Shown here: piece by piece, positions 44,197-54,414 of the stretch
Layout of the letters: the number at the start of each line of letters is the position of its first letter
Numbering within the stretch: the first letter of the stretch is position 1
Assembly (NCBI GenBank): GCA_963846815.1
Contig: CAWJXG010000002.1
Coordinates: forward strand, 457,799 to 521,798
Direction: 5' to 3'
Length of the DNA: 64,000 nt
Source of the DNA: an uncultured Acidobacteriaceae bacterium
Lineage (GTDB): Bacteria; Acidobacteriota; Terriglobia; Terriglobales; Acidobacteriaceae
Position numbers and translations under genes: made by a program
The notes under the pieces: generated by a model
The model's database searches: none
The model's input: only the letters and a program-made list of their open reading frames with translations
Told to the model about the DNA's origin: nothing

Positions 44197-45732
44197 CTAG
44201 CTGCCCTTGGATCTTTTTCGATTCACCACCCGCACGCCGGCTCGCCAGTGTTCATCCAGTTGCACCAGTTGCCACTCGATCTCCGGCGACAGGTACTTCA
44301 GCAGGATGCTTGTCGCAGGATGGGTGCGCAGCACGGGCGTGACCAGGTAAAGCAGCGGCGGAGCAGGCGACAGCTCGCGTCCGGCGAAGTATCCGTTGCG
44401 CACGAATCCGCGATTTTGCTGATGCCAGCGCACGCGCGCCCAATAGTCCAGCCCTTGCAGCGCAAGATGAATGTCGTCATCCGCCTTGAGCTCCAGGATC
44501 GCCAGCCGCCCATCAATCGTCACGCTCAACACGTCGAGCATCGCGCGGTCTGACGCCGTAAACGCCGGCACCTGCGAGTAGACGAAGTTGCCATCCAGGC
44601 GCTCGTCGATGGACCGCACCTCCCGTGTGATCAGCGACTCCAGCCAGCGCTCAGGACAAAGCCGGTACAGCGGATCGCCGTGCGAACCGGCAGGATGCCG
44701 GCTGGCCTGCAGCCGCTCGATCAGCGCTGCGAACAGGTCTTCTGTCGCTTCATCCAGCGTGTATTCTGCCGGCCCCATGCCGAAGACAATCGTTTCAGTG
44801 TTGCGAAATGATCCCGCCGCCGGAGCAATCCGCGCCCGTGCGAACTCCAGTCCATACAGCCGGAAGACGACCTCCGAAGTCGAGTCGACGTGAATATCGG
44901 CTTCCGGCACGCTGGCGCGAATTCGCGCGATCGACTCGCCAAAGCGCTCCTCGACCGACCGGCGATTGACTGCCCTTACCAGCCGCGTCGCCAGGTTTCC
45001 ATGATCGCGGAAGTCGAGTTCTTCGCAGGTCTCTGCCTGTTCGCTGACCTGGCAAATCTGCCACTTCGCCGCCGCTTGATCCAGGTGCGCCACGCGCTGG
45101 CTGACGATCTCGCCCCGCCCATGCGGCACAAACAGCTTCAATCCTTCAACGTGGCACCTGCCGGCCAGGTGCTGCCGCTGGTGGTCCATCCACAAAATTC
45201 CAAAGGTCAGCGCGGCATCAATCGACGCCTGCGATTCCTCGCCATTCACCCCCAGCGCCGCAAATGCCGACTGTCCCGAGCGTACGACCGCCCGGGTGTA
45301 CACCGGGCTGAACGAATGCTCCAGGTCAGCCTTGCTGCTGACCGACTCGATCTTGGCGCCAGGATGTTCCCGCTCCAGCAACCTGGCCAGCAGTTTCTGG
45401 TAATGCGCCCGGGCGGCACGCTGCGACGCTGCGCTACGATACTCGCGATGGGCACAGATCTCCAGCACCTCAGGCTTCGACTGCCCGAAGCGCAACGCCG
45501 AAAGGCGCAGGGACTGCGGCGTGGCCTGCAGGTCCAAAACGCGCCGCACGATGTTCCGCTCCTCCGACCAGACGTGAAGCACGCATTTGCCCTCGCCCGA
45601 AACCGAGTACCGGGCGGCGTCGAAATCGAAAAGCGTATCGCCGTTTTCGATCAACGCGGCGTGCGGGTGCTCCAGCAGGAAGCCTTCCACCGTGCGGGCG
45701 AGCGCTTCGGAGGTGATTTCGGACACGAGCAT
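44197..45732 (-). CDS. hypothetical 511-aa protein with C-terminal PD-(D/E)xK nuclease-like (NucS/Shedu-like) motif
   Basis: The C-terminus PERWLESLITREVRSIDERLDGNFVYSQVPAFTASDRAMLDVLSVTIDGRLAILELKADDDIHLALQGLDYWARV has the D...ExK...Q..Y arrangement of restriction-endonuclease-fold domains. The N-terminal ~370 aa are not recognisable. Codon usage is host-like. Confidence 0.65.
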   Translation of the reverse strand: MLVSEITSEALARTVEGFLLEHPHAALIENGDTLFDFDAARYSVSGEGKCVLHVWSEERNIVRRVLDLQATPQSLRLSALRFGQSKPEVLEICAHREYRSAASQRAARAHYQKLLARLLEREHPGAKIESVSSKADLEHSFSPVYTRAVVRSGQSAFAALGVNGEESQASIDAALTFGILWMDHQRQHLAGRCHVEGLKLFVPHGRGEIVSQRVAHLDQAAAKWQICQVSEQAETCEELDFRDHGNLATRLVRAVNRRSVEERFGESIARIRASVPEADIHVDSTSEVVFRLYGLEFARARIAPAAGSFRNTETIVFGMGPAEYTLDEATEDLFAALIERLQASRHPAGSHGDPLYRLCPERWLESLITREVRSIDERLDGNFVYSQVPAFTASDRAMLDVLSVTIDGRLAILELKADDDIHLALQGLDYWARVRWHQQNRGFVRNGYFAGRELSPAPPLLYLVTPVLRTHPATSILLKYLSPEIEWQLVQLDEHWRAGVRVVNRKRSKGS

Positions 45733-45915
45733 CGGACTCTATCCAAGCCTAATGAAGGAGAGTCAACCAGTGCTGCAATCGAGCGCACAGCCCTGTGTGA
45801 TAATCGAAGGATAGGGGCCCGCCCGACCCGGCGCCGCCCGTGGCTTAAACCCGTGGCTTAAAGAGGAGCGGGACCGGAATCGCGTCCGCCGCCCAGTCCC
45901 GAACATCAAACTACT

Positions 45916-47346
45916 GTGACCATTGACAAAAAGTTCTTTTTCGATCGTTACGGCCTGGCGCAACCCGACGTAGAGCGTTACCTCTCGGCAGCGCTGTCGG
46001 CTGGCGGCGACTATGCCGACCTTTACTTTGAATATCAGACCTCGACCTCAGTTTCGCTTGACGAGAGCATGGTCAAGTCCGCCACGCAGGGGATCTCCGT
46101 CGGTTGCGGCGTCAGGGTGCTCGCGGGCGAGCGCACCGGTTATGCCTACACTGACGATCTGTCTTCCGAGCGCATCCTGCATGCCGCACGCACTGCTGCG
46201 CTGATTGCCAGCGGCCCGGCCAAGCAACCCGTTGTCGGACTCACCGACAAGCCTGCGCATAATTTGTATCCCGTGCCGCTTCCGTCGGTCGAAGCCGAAG
46301 TCCTTGCGAAGGTGGATCTGGTGCAGCGTGCTGACAAGGCAGCTCGTGCTTACGATCCCCGCATTCACGAGGTGCGCGTGGGCTATGCCGACGAATTGCG
46401 GCAAGTTCTGGTAATCGGCTCTGACGGCAGCTTCGCTGAAGATTCCCAGCCGCTGGCGCGCATGAGCGTGTTCTGCATCGCCAAATCCGGGCAGGCCTCG
46501 GCACGAGGCACATCCGGCGGTGGTGGCCGTATCGGGATCGAGTTTTTCCAGATCGAAAAGACGCCCGAACACTTCGCTGTTGAAGCAGCCCGGCAGGCGA
46601 TCATTCAACTCGATGCACGCGAGGCGCCCGCGGGCGAGATGGAAGTGGTGCTCGGGCCTGGCTGGCCCGGCATTCTGCTGCATGAAGCGATTGGCCACGG
46701 GCTCGAGGCCGATTTCAATCGCAAGAAAACTTCCGCCTTCTCGGGCATGATGGGACGTCGCGTTGCCAGCGACAAGTGCACCGTCGTCGACAATGGCACC
46801 ATGCCGGGCCGGCGCGGATCACTGAACGTCGACGACGAGGGAAACCCCACCGAGAGCACGGTCCTGATCGAAAAGGGCATTCTGAAGGCATATCTGACCG
46901 ACAAGCTGTCGTCGCGCCTGATGGGACTGCCGAACACCGGCAACGGACGGCGTGAAAGCTATCAGCACATCCCCATGCCGCGCATGACCAACACTTACAT
47001 GCTCGCCGGCCAGGATTCCCCGGAGGACATCATTCGTTCCGTGAAATACGGGGTGTACGCTGCGAACTTCGGCGGCGGCCAGGTTGATATTACGAACGGG
47101 AAATTCGTCTTTTCCGCCTCGGAGGCGTACTTGATCGAGGACGGAAAGATCACCTCGCCTCTAAAAAACGCGACCCTGATCGGCAACGGACCGGACGTAC
47201 TGACAAAAGTGTCGATGGTCGGCAGCGATCTGCTGCTCGATGAGGGAGTGGGCACTTGCGGCAAAGACGGGCAGTCCGTCCCTGTGGGAGTTGGCATTCC
47301 GACGTTAAAAGTTGACCGCCTTACAGTCGGCGGAACCGGCGGCTAG
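45916..47346 (+). CDS. tldD: metalloprotease TldD
   Basis: 476 aa, GTG start. HEAIGHGLEADF zinc motif and C-terminal GTCGKDGQSVPVG. Confidence 0.9.
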   Translation: MTIDKKFFFDRYGLAQPDVERYLSAALSAGGDYADLYFEYQTSTSVSLDESMVKSATQGISVGCGVRVLAGERTGYAYTDDLSSERILHAARTAALIASGPAKQPVVGLTDKPAHNLYPVPLPSVEAEVLAKVDLVQRADKAARAYDPRIHEVRVGYADELRQVLVIGSDGSFAEDSQPLARMSVFCIAKSGQASARGTSGGGGRIGIEFFQIEKTPEHFAVEAARQAIIQLDAREAPAGEMEVVLGPGWPGILLHEAIGHGLEADFNRKKTSAFSGMMGRRVASDKCTVVDNGTMPGRRGSLNVDDEGNPTESTVLIEKGILKAYLTDKLSSRLMGLPNTGNGRRESYQHIPMPRMTNTYMLAGQDSPEDIIRSVKYGVYAANFGGGQVDITNGKFVFSASEAYLIEDGKITSPLKNATLIGNGPDVLTKVSMVGSDLLLDEGVGTCGKDGQSVPVGVGIPTLKVDRLTVGGTGG

Positions 47347-47599
47347 TCCTACTTAGCTCCAATGGATAATCCACAGATTGTGCGCTGCTTCACAATTTCG
47401 CAACAATCGTGTGAGCTGTTGATTCGCTGAGGCTTAGCCATCGGCTCGGCTTATGACCATTGTCCCAATGGACGATTTCCACAAAGCTTCCACAGCGCAG
47501 GATAACCGGGCAGCTTGCCATTGTGTCTCACAGCGTGGGAGACAAAGTGGCCAACTTAATTCCCACGATGTGGGACAGTGACACGTTAAAGGATTCTGG

Positions 47600-48991
47600 A
47601 TGATTTCCTCAACGCAAGAACGCACTACCACAGCAGCCGCCACCGCGGACTTGAAACAGATTGCAGTCGACGCTGTCAGACTCGCCATGGCGCAAGGCGC
47701 CACCGCAGCCGAAGCCGTTGCCACTGACGGCAGTGAGTTTTCGACCACCGTGCGCGTTGGCCAAGTCGAAACTCTGAAGGAAGCCGGATCCAAAGCCGTC
47801 GGCGTTCGCGTGTTCGTGGGACAAAGCTCCGCCAGCACGTACTCGAGCGATATGACGCCTGAGGGGATCCGGAAGATGGTCGATTCCGCCATCGCCCTGG
47901 CGCGAGTGACGACGCCCGACCCGCTTGCAGGCTTGCCCGATCCCTCCGAACTGGGACAGATTGCCGGAGACTTGGGCCTCTATCACGGGGATGTGTATTC
48001 GCTCTCGACAGAAGACCGCATTGACTACGCCCGTCGCGCCGAGAAGGCGGCAATGAACGTCGATCCTCGCATCGTGAACTCCGATGGCGGCTCCTTCGAC
48101 GCGGCTGTGGGATATAAGGCGCTGGCCAACTCCCACGGATTCGTCGGCGACAACCGGCGTTCGTATTGTTCGATTGTCGCGATACCGATTGCCCAGGTAG
48201 AGGGTTCAGCGATGCAGCGCGACTACTGGTACTCAGTTTCACATTCGCTTAACAAACTGGAATCTCCCGAGGAAGTCGGCGCCATTGCTGCCAAACGCAC
48301 GCTGCGCCGGCTGGGGGCACGTAAGGTCAAGACCGCAAGGGTACCGGTTTTGTTCGAGAACACGGTTTCTGCCGCGTTACTGGGGCACATCTTTGAGGCT
48401 GTCAATGGCGACTCGGTCTATCGCGGCGCATCGTTTCTCAGCGGCAAGCTGCATGACAAGATCGCGGGCGCTAACATCAACATCGTCGATGACGGCACAA
48501 TTCCCGGCCTCTTCGGCACCAGCCCGTTTGATGGCGAGGGTGTCGCCAGCCGCCGGACGATCGTTATCGAGAACGGTGTTCTGCAGTCTTACCTGCTGAA
48601 CACCTACACCGCAAAGAAGCTCAACCTGAAGACCACGGGCAATGCCTCGCGTGGACTGGCCGGCACTCCCGGCGTCGGTCCCGGCAACTTCTTTCTGCAG
48701 CCGGGGGGCAAAACCCTACAGGAGATGATCGCTGAAATCAAGGAAGGTCTCTTCGTAACCGAGTTCCTGGGTCACGGTGTAAACCTCGTTACCGGCGATT
48801 TCTCCCGCGGCGCCACCGGACTCTGGATTCAAAATGGCGAGCTTACCTTCCCTGTGGAAGAGATCACGGTCGCCGGCAATCTGAAAGACATGCTTTCCAA
48901 CGTTAGCGAGATCGGCAGCGATCTGGAGTTTCGCAACGCCATCGCCTGTCCTTCGCTGCGCATTGAAGGCATGACCGTCGCCGGCGAGTAG
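47600..48991 (+). CDS. pmbA: metalloprotease PmbA/TldE
   Basis: 463 aa of the PmbA_TldD family without the HExxH motif. It carries GNFFLQPG and a C-terminal ...CPSLRIEGMTVAG, and is paired with tldD. Confidence 0.9.
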   Translation: MISSTQERTTTAAATADLKQIAVDAVRLAMAQGATAAEAVATDGSEFSTTVRVGQVETLKEAGSKAVGVRVFVGQSSASTYSSDMTPEGIRKMVDSAIALARVTTPDPLAGLPDPSELGQIAGDLGLYHGDVYSLSTEDRIDYARRAEKAAMNVDPRIVNSDGGSFDAAVGYKALANSHGFVGDNRRSYCSIVAIPIAQVEGSAMQRDYWYSVSHSLNKLESPEEVGAIAAKRTLRRLGARKVKTARVPVLFENTVSAALLGHIFEAVNGDSVYRGASFLSGKLHDKIAGANINIVDDGTIPGLFGTSPFDGEGVASRRTIVIENGVLQSYLLNTYTAKKLNLKTTGNASRGLAGTPGVGPGNFFLQPGGKTLQEMIAEIKEGLFVTEFLGHGVNLVTGDFSRGATGLWIQNGELTFPVEEITVAGNLKDMLSNVSEIGSDLEFRNAIACPSLRIEGMTVAGE

Positions 48992-49045
48992 CGCGATTTT
49001 CATACCGGCACGGAACTTTCCCCGGCCGGCTGCGTCTCTAACCCT

Positions 49046-49939
49046 GTGAGTCGACTTCTCTGCTCAACGCTGCTCGGGCTTGCTCTGCTGTGTCCCACGC
49101 TGTGGGGGCAGCAAACGCGCGCGCCCAGCACTGCCCCAACCAGCGTTTCCGCGCGGCCCGACGTGAACGACATCATGAAGCGCGCCGTGGATAAGGACGT
49201 CGTGAACTGGCAGGCGGCGAAGGATTACACCTTCCTGGAGCACACTCAGGACAAGAAGCTCGATGGCGCTGGCCGCCTGCAGTCCACGAAGACTGAGACC
49301 AGCGAGATCATCATTCTCTACGATGAGCCGTTCGAGCGCCTGATCGAGAAGGATGGCAAGCCGCTCTCCGTTCAAGAAAAGAAGAAGCAGGACGACAAGT
49401 TCGACGCGGAGACCCACAAGCGCGCCAACGAAACCCCAGAGGAGCGCGCAAAACGTCTGCAGAAGTACGAGAAGGAACGCGAGGATGACCGGGCCTTCGT
49501 CCACGAGATTCTGAATGCATACACCTTTACGCTCCATGGCGAGGAAGTCTTACATGGTAGGAGCACGTGGGTCATCGATGGCGAGCCCCGCGCCGACTTC
49601 AAGCCGCAGCGAAAAGAAGACAAATTCCTTTCAAAGATCAAGCCGCGCTTCTGGATCGATCAGCAGGACTACACCTGGGCCAAAGTTCGCGGCGAAGTGA
49701 CCGATACCATCTCCTTCGGCCTGGTGCTTGCCCGCTTGCACAAGGGCACGCAGTTTGAGATGCAGGAGATGCGCGTGAACAACGAAGTCTGGTTACCGCA
49801 GGAGGTTGACGTTCATATTGATGCCCGCGTAGCGCTGCTCAAGAACGTCAACGAAGAAGTGCACGTCAGCTACAGCGATTACAAAAAGTTCCGCACCGAT
49901 ACGAAGATTATGCCCGTCGCCGAGGCTGCTCCAAACTAG
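49046..49939 (+). CDS. hypothetical exported protein
   Basis: GTG start, signal peptide SRLLCSTLLGLALLCPTLWGQQ, and a charged KE-rich middle segment. No family recognised with confidence. Confidence 0.55.
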   Translation: MSRLLCSTLLGLALLCPTLWGQQTRAPSTAPTSVSARPDVNDIMKRAVDKDVVNWQAAKDYTFLEHTQDKKLDGAGRLQSTKTETSEIIILYDEPFERLIEKDGKPLSVQEKKKQDDKFDAETHKRANETPEERAKRLQKYEKEREDDRAFVHEILNAYTFTLHGEEVLHGRSTWVIDGEPRADFKPQRKEDKFLSKIKPRFWIDQQDYTWAKVRGEVTDTISFGLVLARLHKGTQFEMQEMRVNNEVWLPQEVDVHIDARVALLKNVNEEVHVSYSDYKKFRTDTKIMPVAEAAPN

Positions 49940-51026
49940 TCTGCACTGTCACCGAGTTGGGCCCGGGGGCGGTGGCCTGGTTTGCCTGGACCGCGCGAAA
50001 GCGCCGCCAGCGCACCCATAGGATGCGCAGGGTCGCCGCAACCGGAACCGACAGGAAGACTCCGATGATGCCGGCGATTTCGCTTCCCATCAGCACCGCT
50101 ACAATCACCGCGAGGGGATGCAATTCCACCCTGTTGCCCATGATGCGCGGCGAGATCACGTAGTCTTCCAGCACACGCCATGTCCCCAGAAACAGGGTAA
50201 GCAGCAGCAGATGCGGATACGCCGTCAGGAAGCCGACTCCCAGGATGAGAGCAGCCGCCATCAGCGGCCCAATAACCGGAATAAATTCCAGGAAACCTGC
50301 CGCTACCCCGAGAGACAGTCCATAAGGGAAGTGCGCGAGCGTCAGGATGCTGGTGAACACCACGCCCACAATGCCCGCCAGGATGAGTTGTGCCCCGATG
50401 AACGAGGCCAGCATCTCATCGAGGTCCTGTGCGACCTCACGCAGAAAGTGCCGTTCCCGGCGGCGATGGATGGTTTCGATCACCCCTTCGGCGAAGCTGC
50501 GCCCATCTTTCAAGAAAAAGATCGCCAGGATAGGAATCAGCAGAAACCAGACAAAGTTCTTCAGCGTAGCCGCGACTGTTGCGCCGACCCTGGCAGTAAA
50601 ATTCTCCAGCGCCTGACTGTGGCTGGAGATGAACTTCTCCAGCCGGGCCTGGGTTGCATAGCTCCAGCCGTGGCGTTGGCCAAGCTGCCACACGATTTTG
50701 CCGCTGGCGACCTTGTCAATGAGACTTGGTACCGATTGGATCAGCTTGCGCGTATCCTCGACAATCTTCGGCCCGAAGATCGTCAGCAGGATGGCCAGCA
50801 CGCCCCCGCAAATCAGGTAGGTTTCCAGGATGGCCAAGCCACGGGAGTTGCGTCCGAACCGTGACTTCTCAATGCGCAGGACGAGCGGTTCCAGCAGGTA
50901 GGCGAAGAAGACAGAAAACAGGATGATAACCAGTGCCCGGCGCACTTCCCACACGAACCAGAGAACTGCGCAGAAGACACAAATCGTCATCAGCGCGCGC
51001 GCCGTCCGGCTATCGAAAAGCCCCAT
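49908..51026 (-). CDS. AI-2E family transporter (PerM/UPF0118)
   Basis: 372-aa multi-pass protein. FLEFIPVIGPLMAAALILGV...VLEDYVISPRIMGNRVELHPLAVIVAVLMG is the family signature. Confidence 0.85.
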   Translation of the reverse strand: MGLFDSRTARALMTICVFCAVLWFVWEVRRALVIILFSVFFAYLLEPLVLRIEKSRFGRNSRGLAILETYLICGGVLAILLTIFGPKIVEDTRKLIQSVPSLIDKVASGKIVWQLGQRHGWSYATQARLEKFISSHSQALENFTARVGATVAATLKNFVWFLLIPILAIFFLKDGRSFAEGVIETIHRRRERHFLREVAQDLDEMLASFIGAQLILAGIVGVVFTSILTLAHFPYGLSLGVAAGFLEFIPVIGPLMAAALILGVGFLTAYPHLLLLTLFLGTWRVLEDYVISPRIMGNRVELHPLAVIVAVLMGSEIAGIIGVFLSVPVAATLRILWVRWRRFRAVQANQATAPGPNSVTVQTSLEQPRRRA

Positions 51027-51102
51027 TTCTTGGTCGGATGTTGAGAAGTGCTCCAGCGGTTGTAGCGAGCGGAAATCCTGCAGCCGCTTGCGCTACCCGA
51101 AT

Positions 51103-51642
51103 CTAACGCCGGCGGCTTGGGGCGGGAGCGGGCGGCTTGCCGCTGTAGTCCTTGGGATAGACGACCACATAGCGCTGTAGCGCCTCGCCGGCGCTTTCCG
51201 TCCGCAGATCTTCGCTGTCGCGTAGCGCCAGATGCACCAGGCGGCGCTCGCGCGACGACATAGGGGCGAACGCATACGGCAGGCCCGTACGCCGGACCTG
51301 TTCGGCGGCCACCTCCGACGCCATGCGCAGTTCTTTCTTGCGCGCCGATCGGAAGTTCTGGCAGTCAAACAGCACCACGTCGTGCTCATCGGAAGAGAGC
51401 CTGAGCATCTCCAGCGCAACCTGTTCGATGGCGCGCAACAGTTCGCCGCCGCGCTCCAGAACCAGCGGGCTGTCCGCCCCATTGAGTTCTACCAGGATGG
51501 CTGCGCGCTCCGAGTCCTGGTCATCACTTGCCGGAGGATCGACCGTGATCTTGTACTTCAGGCGGAAATCGCCGTACTTGATGATTCCGTTCAGCAGCTC
51601 GCTGATCTTACGGGCAGCGGCAACTTTATCCTGGATTGGCAT
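51103..51642 (-). CDS. jag: Jag/KhpB-type RNA-binding protein (KH + R3H)
   Basis: C-terminal R3H motif SSRERRLVHLALRD. It sits immediately downstream of yidC, the conserved position. Confidence 0.8.
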   Translation of the reverse strand: MPIQDKVAAARKISELLNGIIKYGDFRLKYKITVDPPASDDQDSERAAILVELNGADSPLVLERGGELLRAIEQVALEMLRLSSDEHDVVLFDCQNFRSARKKELRMASEVAAEQVRRTGLPYAFAPMSSRERRLVHLALRDSEDLRTESAGEALQRYVVVYPKDYSGKPPAPAPSRRR

Positions 51643-51650
51643 AATCTCGG

Positions 51651-53438
51651 CTATTTTTCCTTTTTGCGGGCGCGCTTTTCCATTTCAGCGCGCATTTCCT
51701 TGCCCAGGCCGGTGCGATTCATGATCGACTGCTGAATGATGGCGATTACGTTGCCCATCACCCAATACAGGCTCAGTCCTGAGGGTAGCGACCAGCTGAA
51801 GAACCCCAGCATGGCCGGCATCATGAACGTCATCATGCGCTGCTGGTTCGGATCCATGCCGGCGCTCGGCGTCAGCTTCTGCATGTAGAAGGTGCTCAAC
51901 ACGATGAGCACCGGCAGGATGTATAACTTGTCGGGCGACGACAGGTCGTGAATCCACAGATACGGCGCCTGCCGCAGCTCGATGGCGTTGCCCAGCATCG
52001 AGTAAAACGCCCACAGGAACGGCAGCTGGATCAGCAGCGGCAAACAGCCGCCCGCAGGATTCACACCCTCGCGCTTATACAGCGCCGAGATTTCAGTGTT
52101 CATCTCCTGGCGCTTTGGATCGCGCATCGGGATTTTCTTATATCTCTCCTGGATCGCCTTCATCTGCGGCTGCACCTTTTGCATCTTCAGCGCCGACTTC
52201 TGGGCGGTGATGCGTAGCGGTAGCAGTGCAATGTTGATGATGACGGTCAGGATGATGATCGCCCATCCCCAGTTGGCGACCATGTGGTGATAAGTCCACT
52301 TCAGCCATTGGAAGAGCGGCCGGGCAAAGAAACTGAAGTAGCCGAAATCGACGACGTGGCGCAGGTCGGGTCCGCCGGGGCCGCCATCGTCGGTGCGCGC
52401 GACCACGGATTGCAGCACGTCGACCGCTTTGGGCCCCACAAACAGGCGCTCCTTGGTGACGCCGCTGGTGTTTCCGACCGCAGCTCCCAGGACCTGATAG
52501 CTCTCGACCTTCGAGTCGGGCTTCGACGCGTCTCGTGGCGCGCTTAGCTCATGGCGCAGCGTGACCAGCGTGGCTTGGCGCGGAAAATCAGGCAGGAAAA
52601 TGGCCGCGAAATACTGGTCCTGCACCCCGGCCCAACTGAATGGCCCATGCAGAGTATTGCCTCCGCTGACCTTCTTCGCCGCAAGCCGTGTGACTTTGCT
52701 TTCCGATTCATATTCGACTCGCGCCGAACCGAAACCCGGCGACGTCGTCTGATCGCCAAAAGCCGCCGGCCACATTGGCAGGGCCTCAATGCTCTTGCCA
52801 TTCTGCGTTACCGCGATTTCTACGTGCAGGACGTAGGTGTCGTCGAAGCGGAAAGTCTTGCGAACCGTTACCCCGCCGCCGGAATACTCGTACGTCAATT
52901 CGCCGGGACCGTTGATCGTCGCCCCACTGCTGGGAACGTACAGCGCCGAATTCAGATCGTCGCGCAGTTTCCCATCGTAGGTGTACAGGCTTAGCGGCAG
53001 CCCGTGCTCTAGGTCCGCTGAGTTGACCAAATCCAGCGGCTTACCCTGCTCGTCTTTGTATTTCTTCAGTATCCAGGATTTAGCCTGTGCTCCCTTGTTG
53101 GTAAAGACGATGCGATAGAGATTGTTCTCCACCACCGTCTCGACCTCTTGGCTCGCAGCTTTGGGAGATTCCGCCACGGCGGGAGCCGCTTCGGTAGGAG
53201 GAGGCGCCGCCTTCGCCGTCTGCTCGGCCGCAGCCGGTTCACTCTTCTCCTCCGCCCCCGCAGTCGCCTTCTCCGCTGTAGTCGCCGGCTGGCCGGACTT
53301 GGCGGGACTCGGGGCTTTGTTCTTGAAGAGCAAGAACTGGCCGGCAAGGATCACGCCAAACGTGATCACCAGGATCAGCATCATCCGGCTCTGACCGCCG
53401 CCGGGATCATCCTGTTGGGGATTGCGGTACTCGGGCAA
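51651..53438 (-). CDS. yidC: membrane protein insertase YidC
   Basis: 595 aa. N-terminal TM, a large periplasmic domain, and the conserved core WGWAIIILTVIINIALLPL...MQKVQPQMKAIQERYK...GCLPLLIQLPFLWAFY. Confidence 0.93.
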   Translation of the reverse strand: MPEYRNPQQDDPGGGQSRMMLILVITFGVILAGQFLLFKNKAPSPAKSGQPATTAEKATAGAEEKSEPAAAEQTAKAAPPPTEAAPAVAESPKAASQEVETVVENNLYRIVFTNKGAQAKSWILKKYKDEQGKPLDLVNSADLEHGLPLSLYTYDGKLRDDLNSALYVPSSGATINGPGELTYEYSGGGVTVRKTFRFDDTYVLHVEIAVTQNGKSIEALPMWPAAFGDQTTSPGFGSARVEYESESKVTRLAAKKVSGGNTLHGPFSWAGVQDQYFAAIFLPDFPRQATLVTLRHELSAPRDASKPDSKVESYQVLGAAVGNTSGVTKERLFVGPKAVDVLQSVVARTDDGGPGGPDLRHVVDFGYFSFFARPLFQWLKWTYHHMVANWGWAIIILTVIINIALLPLRITAQKSALKMQKVQPQMKAIQERYKKIPMRDPKRQEMNTEISALYKREGVNPAGGCLPLLIQLPFLWAFYSMLGNAIELRQAPYLWIHDLSSPDKLYILPVLIVLSTFYMQKLTPSAGMDPNQQRMMTFMMPAMLGFFSWSLPSGLSLYWVMGNVIAIIQQSIMNRTGLGKEMRAEMEKRARKKEK

Positions 53439-53605
53439 GTTCGTCCGTTCTCTGTTCGACTACTGAGAGTTTGCTTCGGGAAAGCTCACGTCAGGGCACG
53501 ATTTCAGTCGCGCCGATAAGAGCCCCAATCTTGTTCCTCCCCAGCAGACTCCAGTCTGCGAGGGAGCTTCTTCACAATCAACGTCCGGCAAAACACCATA
53601 CAACG

Positions 53606-53917
53606 CTAGCAGCTACAAGATCTTTCGCAATGCGGCTCGACACCATCAAGGTCGCGCGCCGGCGCGAACTCTTCGCCACCCGGATTCCGCCGGCGCTGGT
53701 TCCAACCGAGCGGCACCGGGTCGTACCCCGCGCGAGCCAATGGATGACACCGCAACAGGCGCCACCCCGCGAGCAAGCTACCGCGCACTGCTCCATGCCG
53801 CTCAATCGCCTCCATTGCGTACTCCGAGCACGTGGGTACAAAGCGGCAGGCATTCGGCAGGGCGGGTGATATCCACCGCTTGTAGCCTGACAACATTCCC
53901 TGCAGAGCCCGCTTCAA
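53606..53917 (-). CDS. yidD: membrane protein insertion efficiency factor YidD
   Basis: [48 protein letters not shown]. The start is either TTG 53917, which overlaps the rnpA stop (TTGA), or ATG 53896. Confidence 0.8.
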   Translation of the reverse strand: MKRALQGMLSGYKRWISPALPNACRFVPTCSEYAMEAIERHGAVRGSLLAGWRLLRCHPLARAGYDPVPLGWNQRRRNPGGEEFAPARDLDGVEPHCERSCSC

Positions 53918-54393
53918 TGTACCTGCTCCTGTGCGATCCGTGCGCGTTGCATGGCGATTTTCAAACCGCGCTGTACTTCGGTTACCAGCTGCGCGAAGGG
54001 CAACTGCAAAACCGACCTCCGCGGATTGAACACGACATCCACCGGAAGGACCTCCGTTGGCCACGACAGGCGAACCGCTTCCCGCATTCTGCGCTTAATG
54101 CGGTTCCGCTCGACCGAGCCACCTAATATTTTTCCCACCGTGAAGCCGATCCTCACCGAGCAGGCTTCACCCGCAGCTTCGGGGCTGCGGCGCAGGAAGA
54201 ACACCGTCATGTTCCCGGTGAACTGCCGGCGTCCCTTCTGATACACCTGTTGAAAGTCCGCGTGCCGCAACAGGCGCTTTGCTTTCGGGAATTTACCGCC
54301 GGTCTGGGTCAAATCCAGTATCCGCCGCCACCTGAAGAAAACCGGGAAATCTCCAGCTTGTGCGCGACTCCTGAATGGCTGAATTTCCTGCAA
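53914..54393 (-). CDS. rnpA: ribonuclease P protein component (start uncertain, possibly TTG 54312)
   Basis: [22 protein letters not shown]...[28 protein letters not shown] is the RnpA RNR motif. It follows rpmH. Confidence 0.85.
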   Translation of the reverse strand: MQEIQPFRSRAQAGDFPVFFRWRRILDLTQTGGKFPKAKRLLRHADFQQVYQKGRRQFTGNMTVFFLRRSPEAAGEACSVRIGFTVGKILGGSVERNRIKRRMREAVRLSWPTEVLPVDVVFNPRRSVLQLPFAQLVTEVQRGLKIAMQRARIAQEQVH

Positions 54394-54414
54394 TAAACGC
54401 TACTTGCGCCTGGA

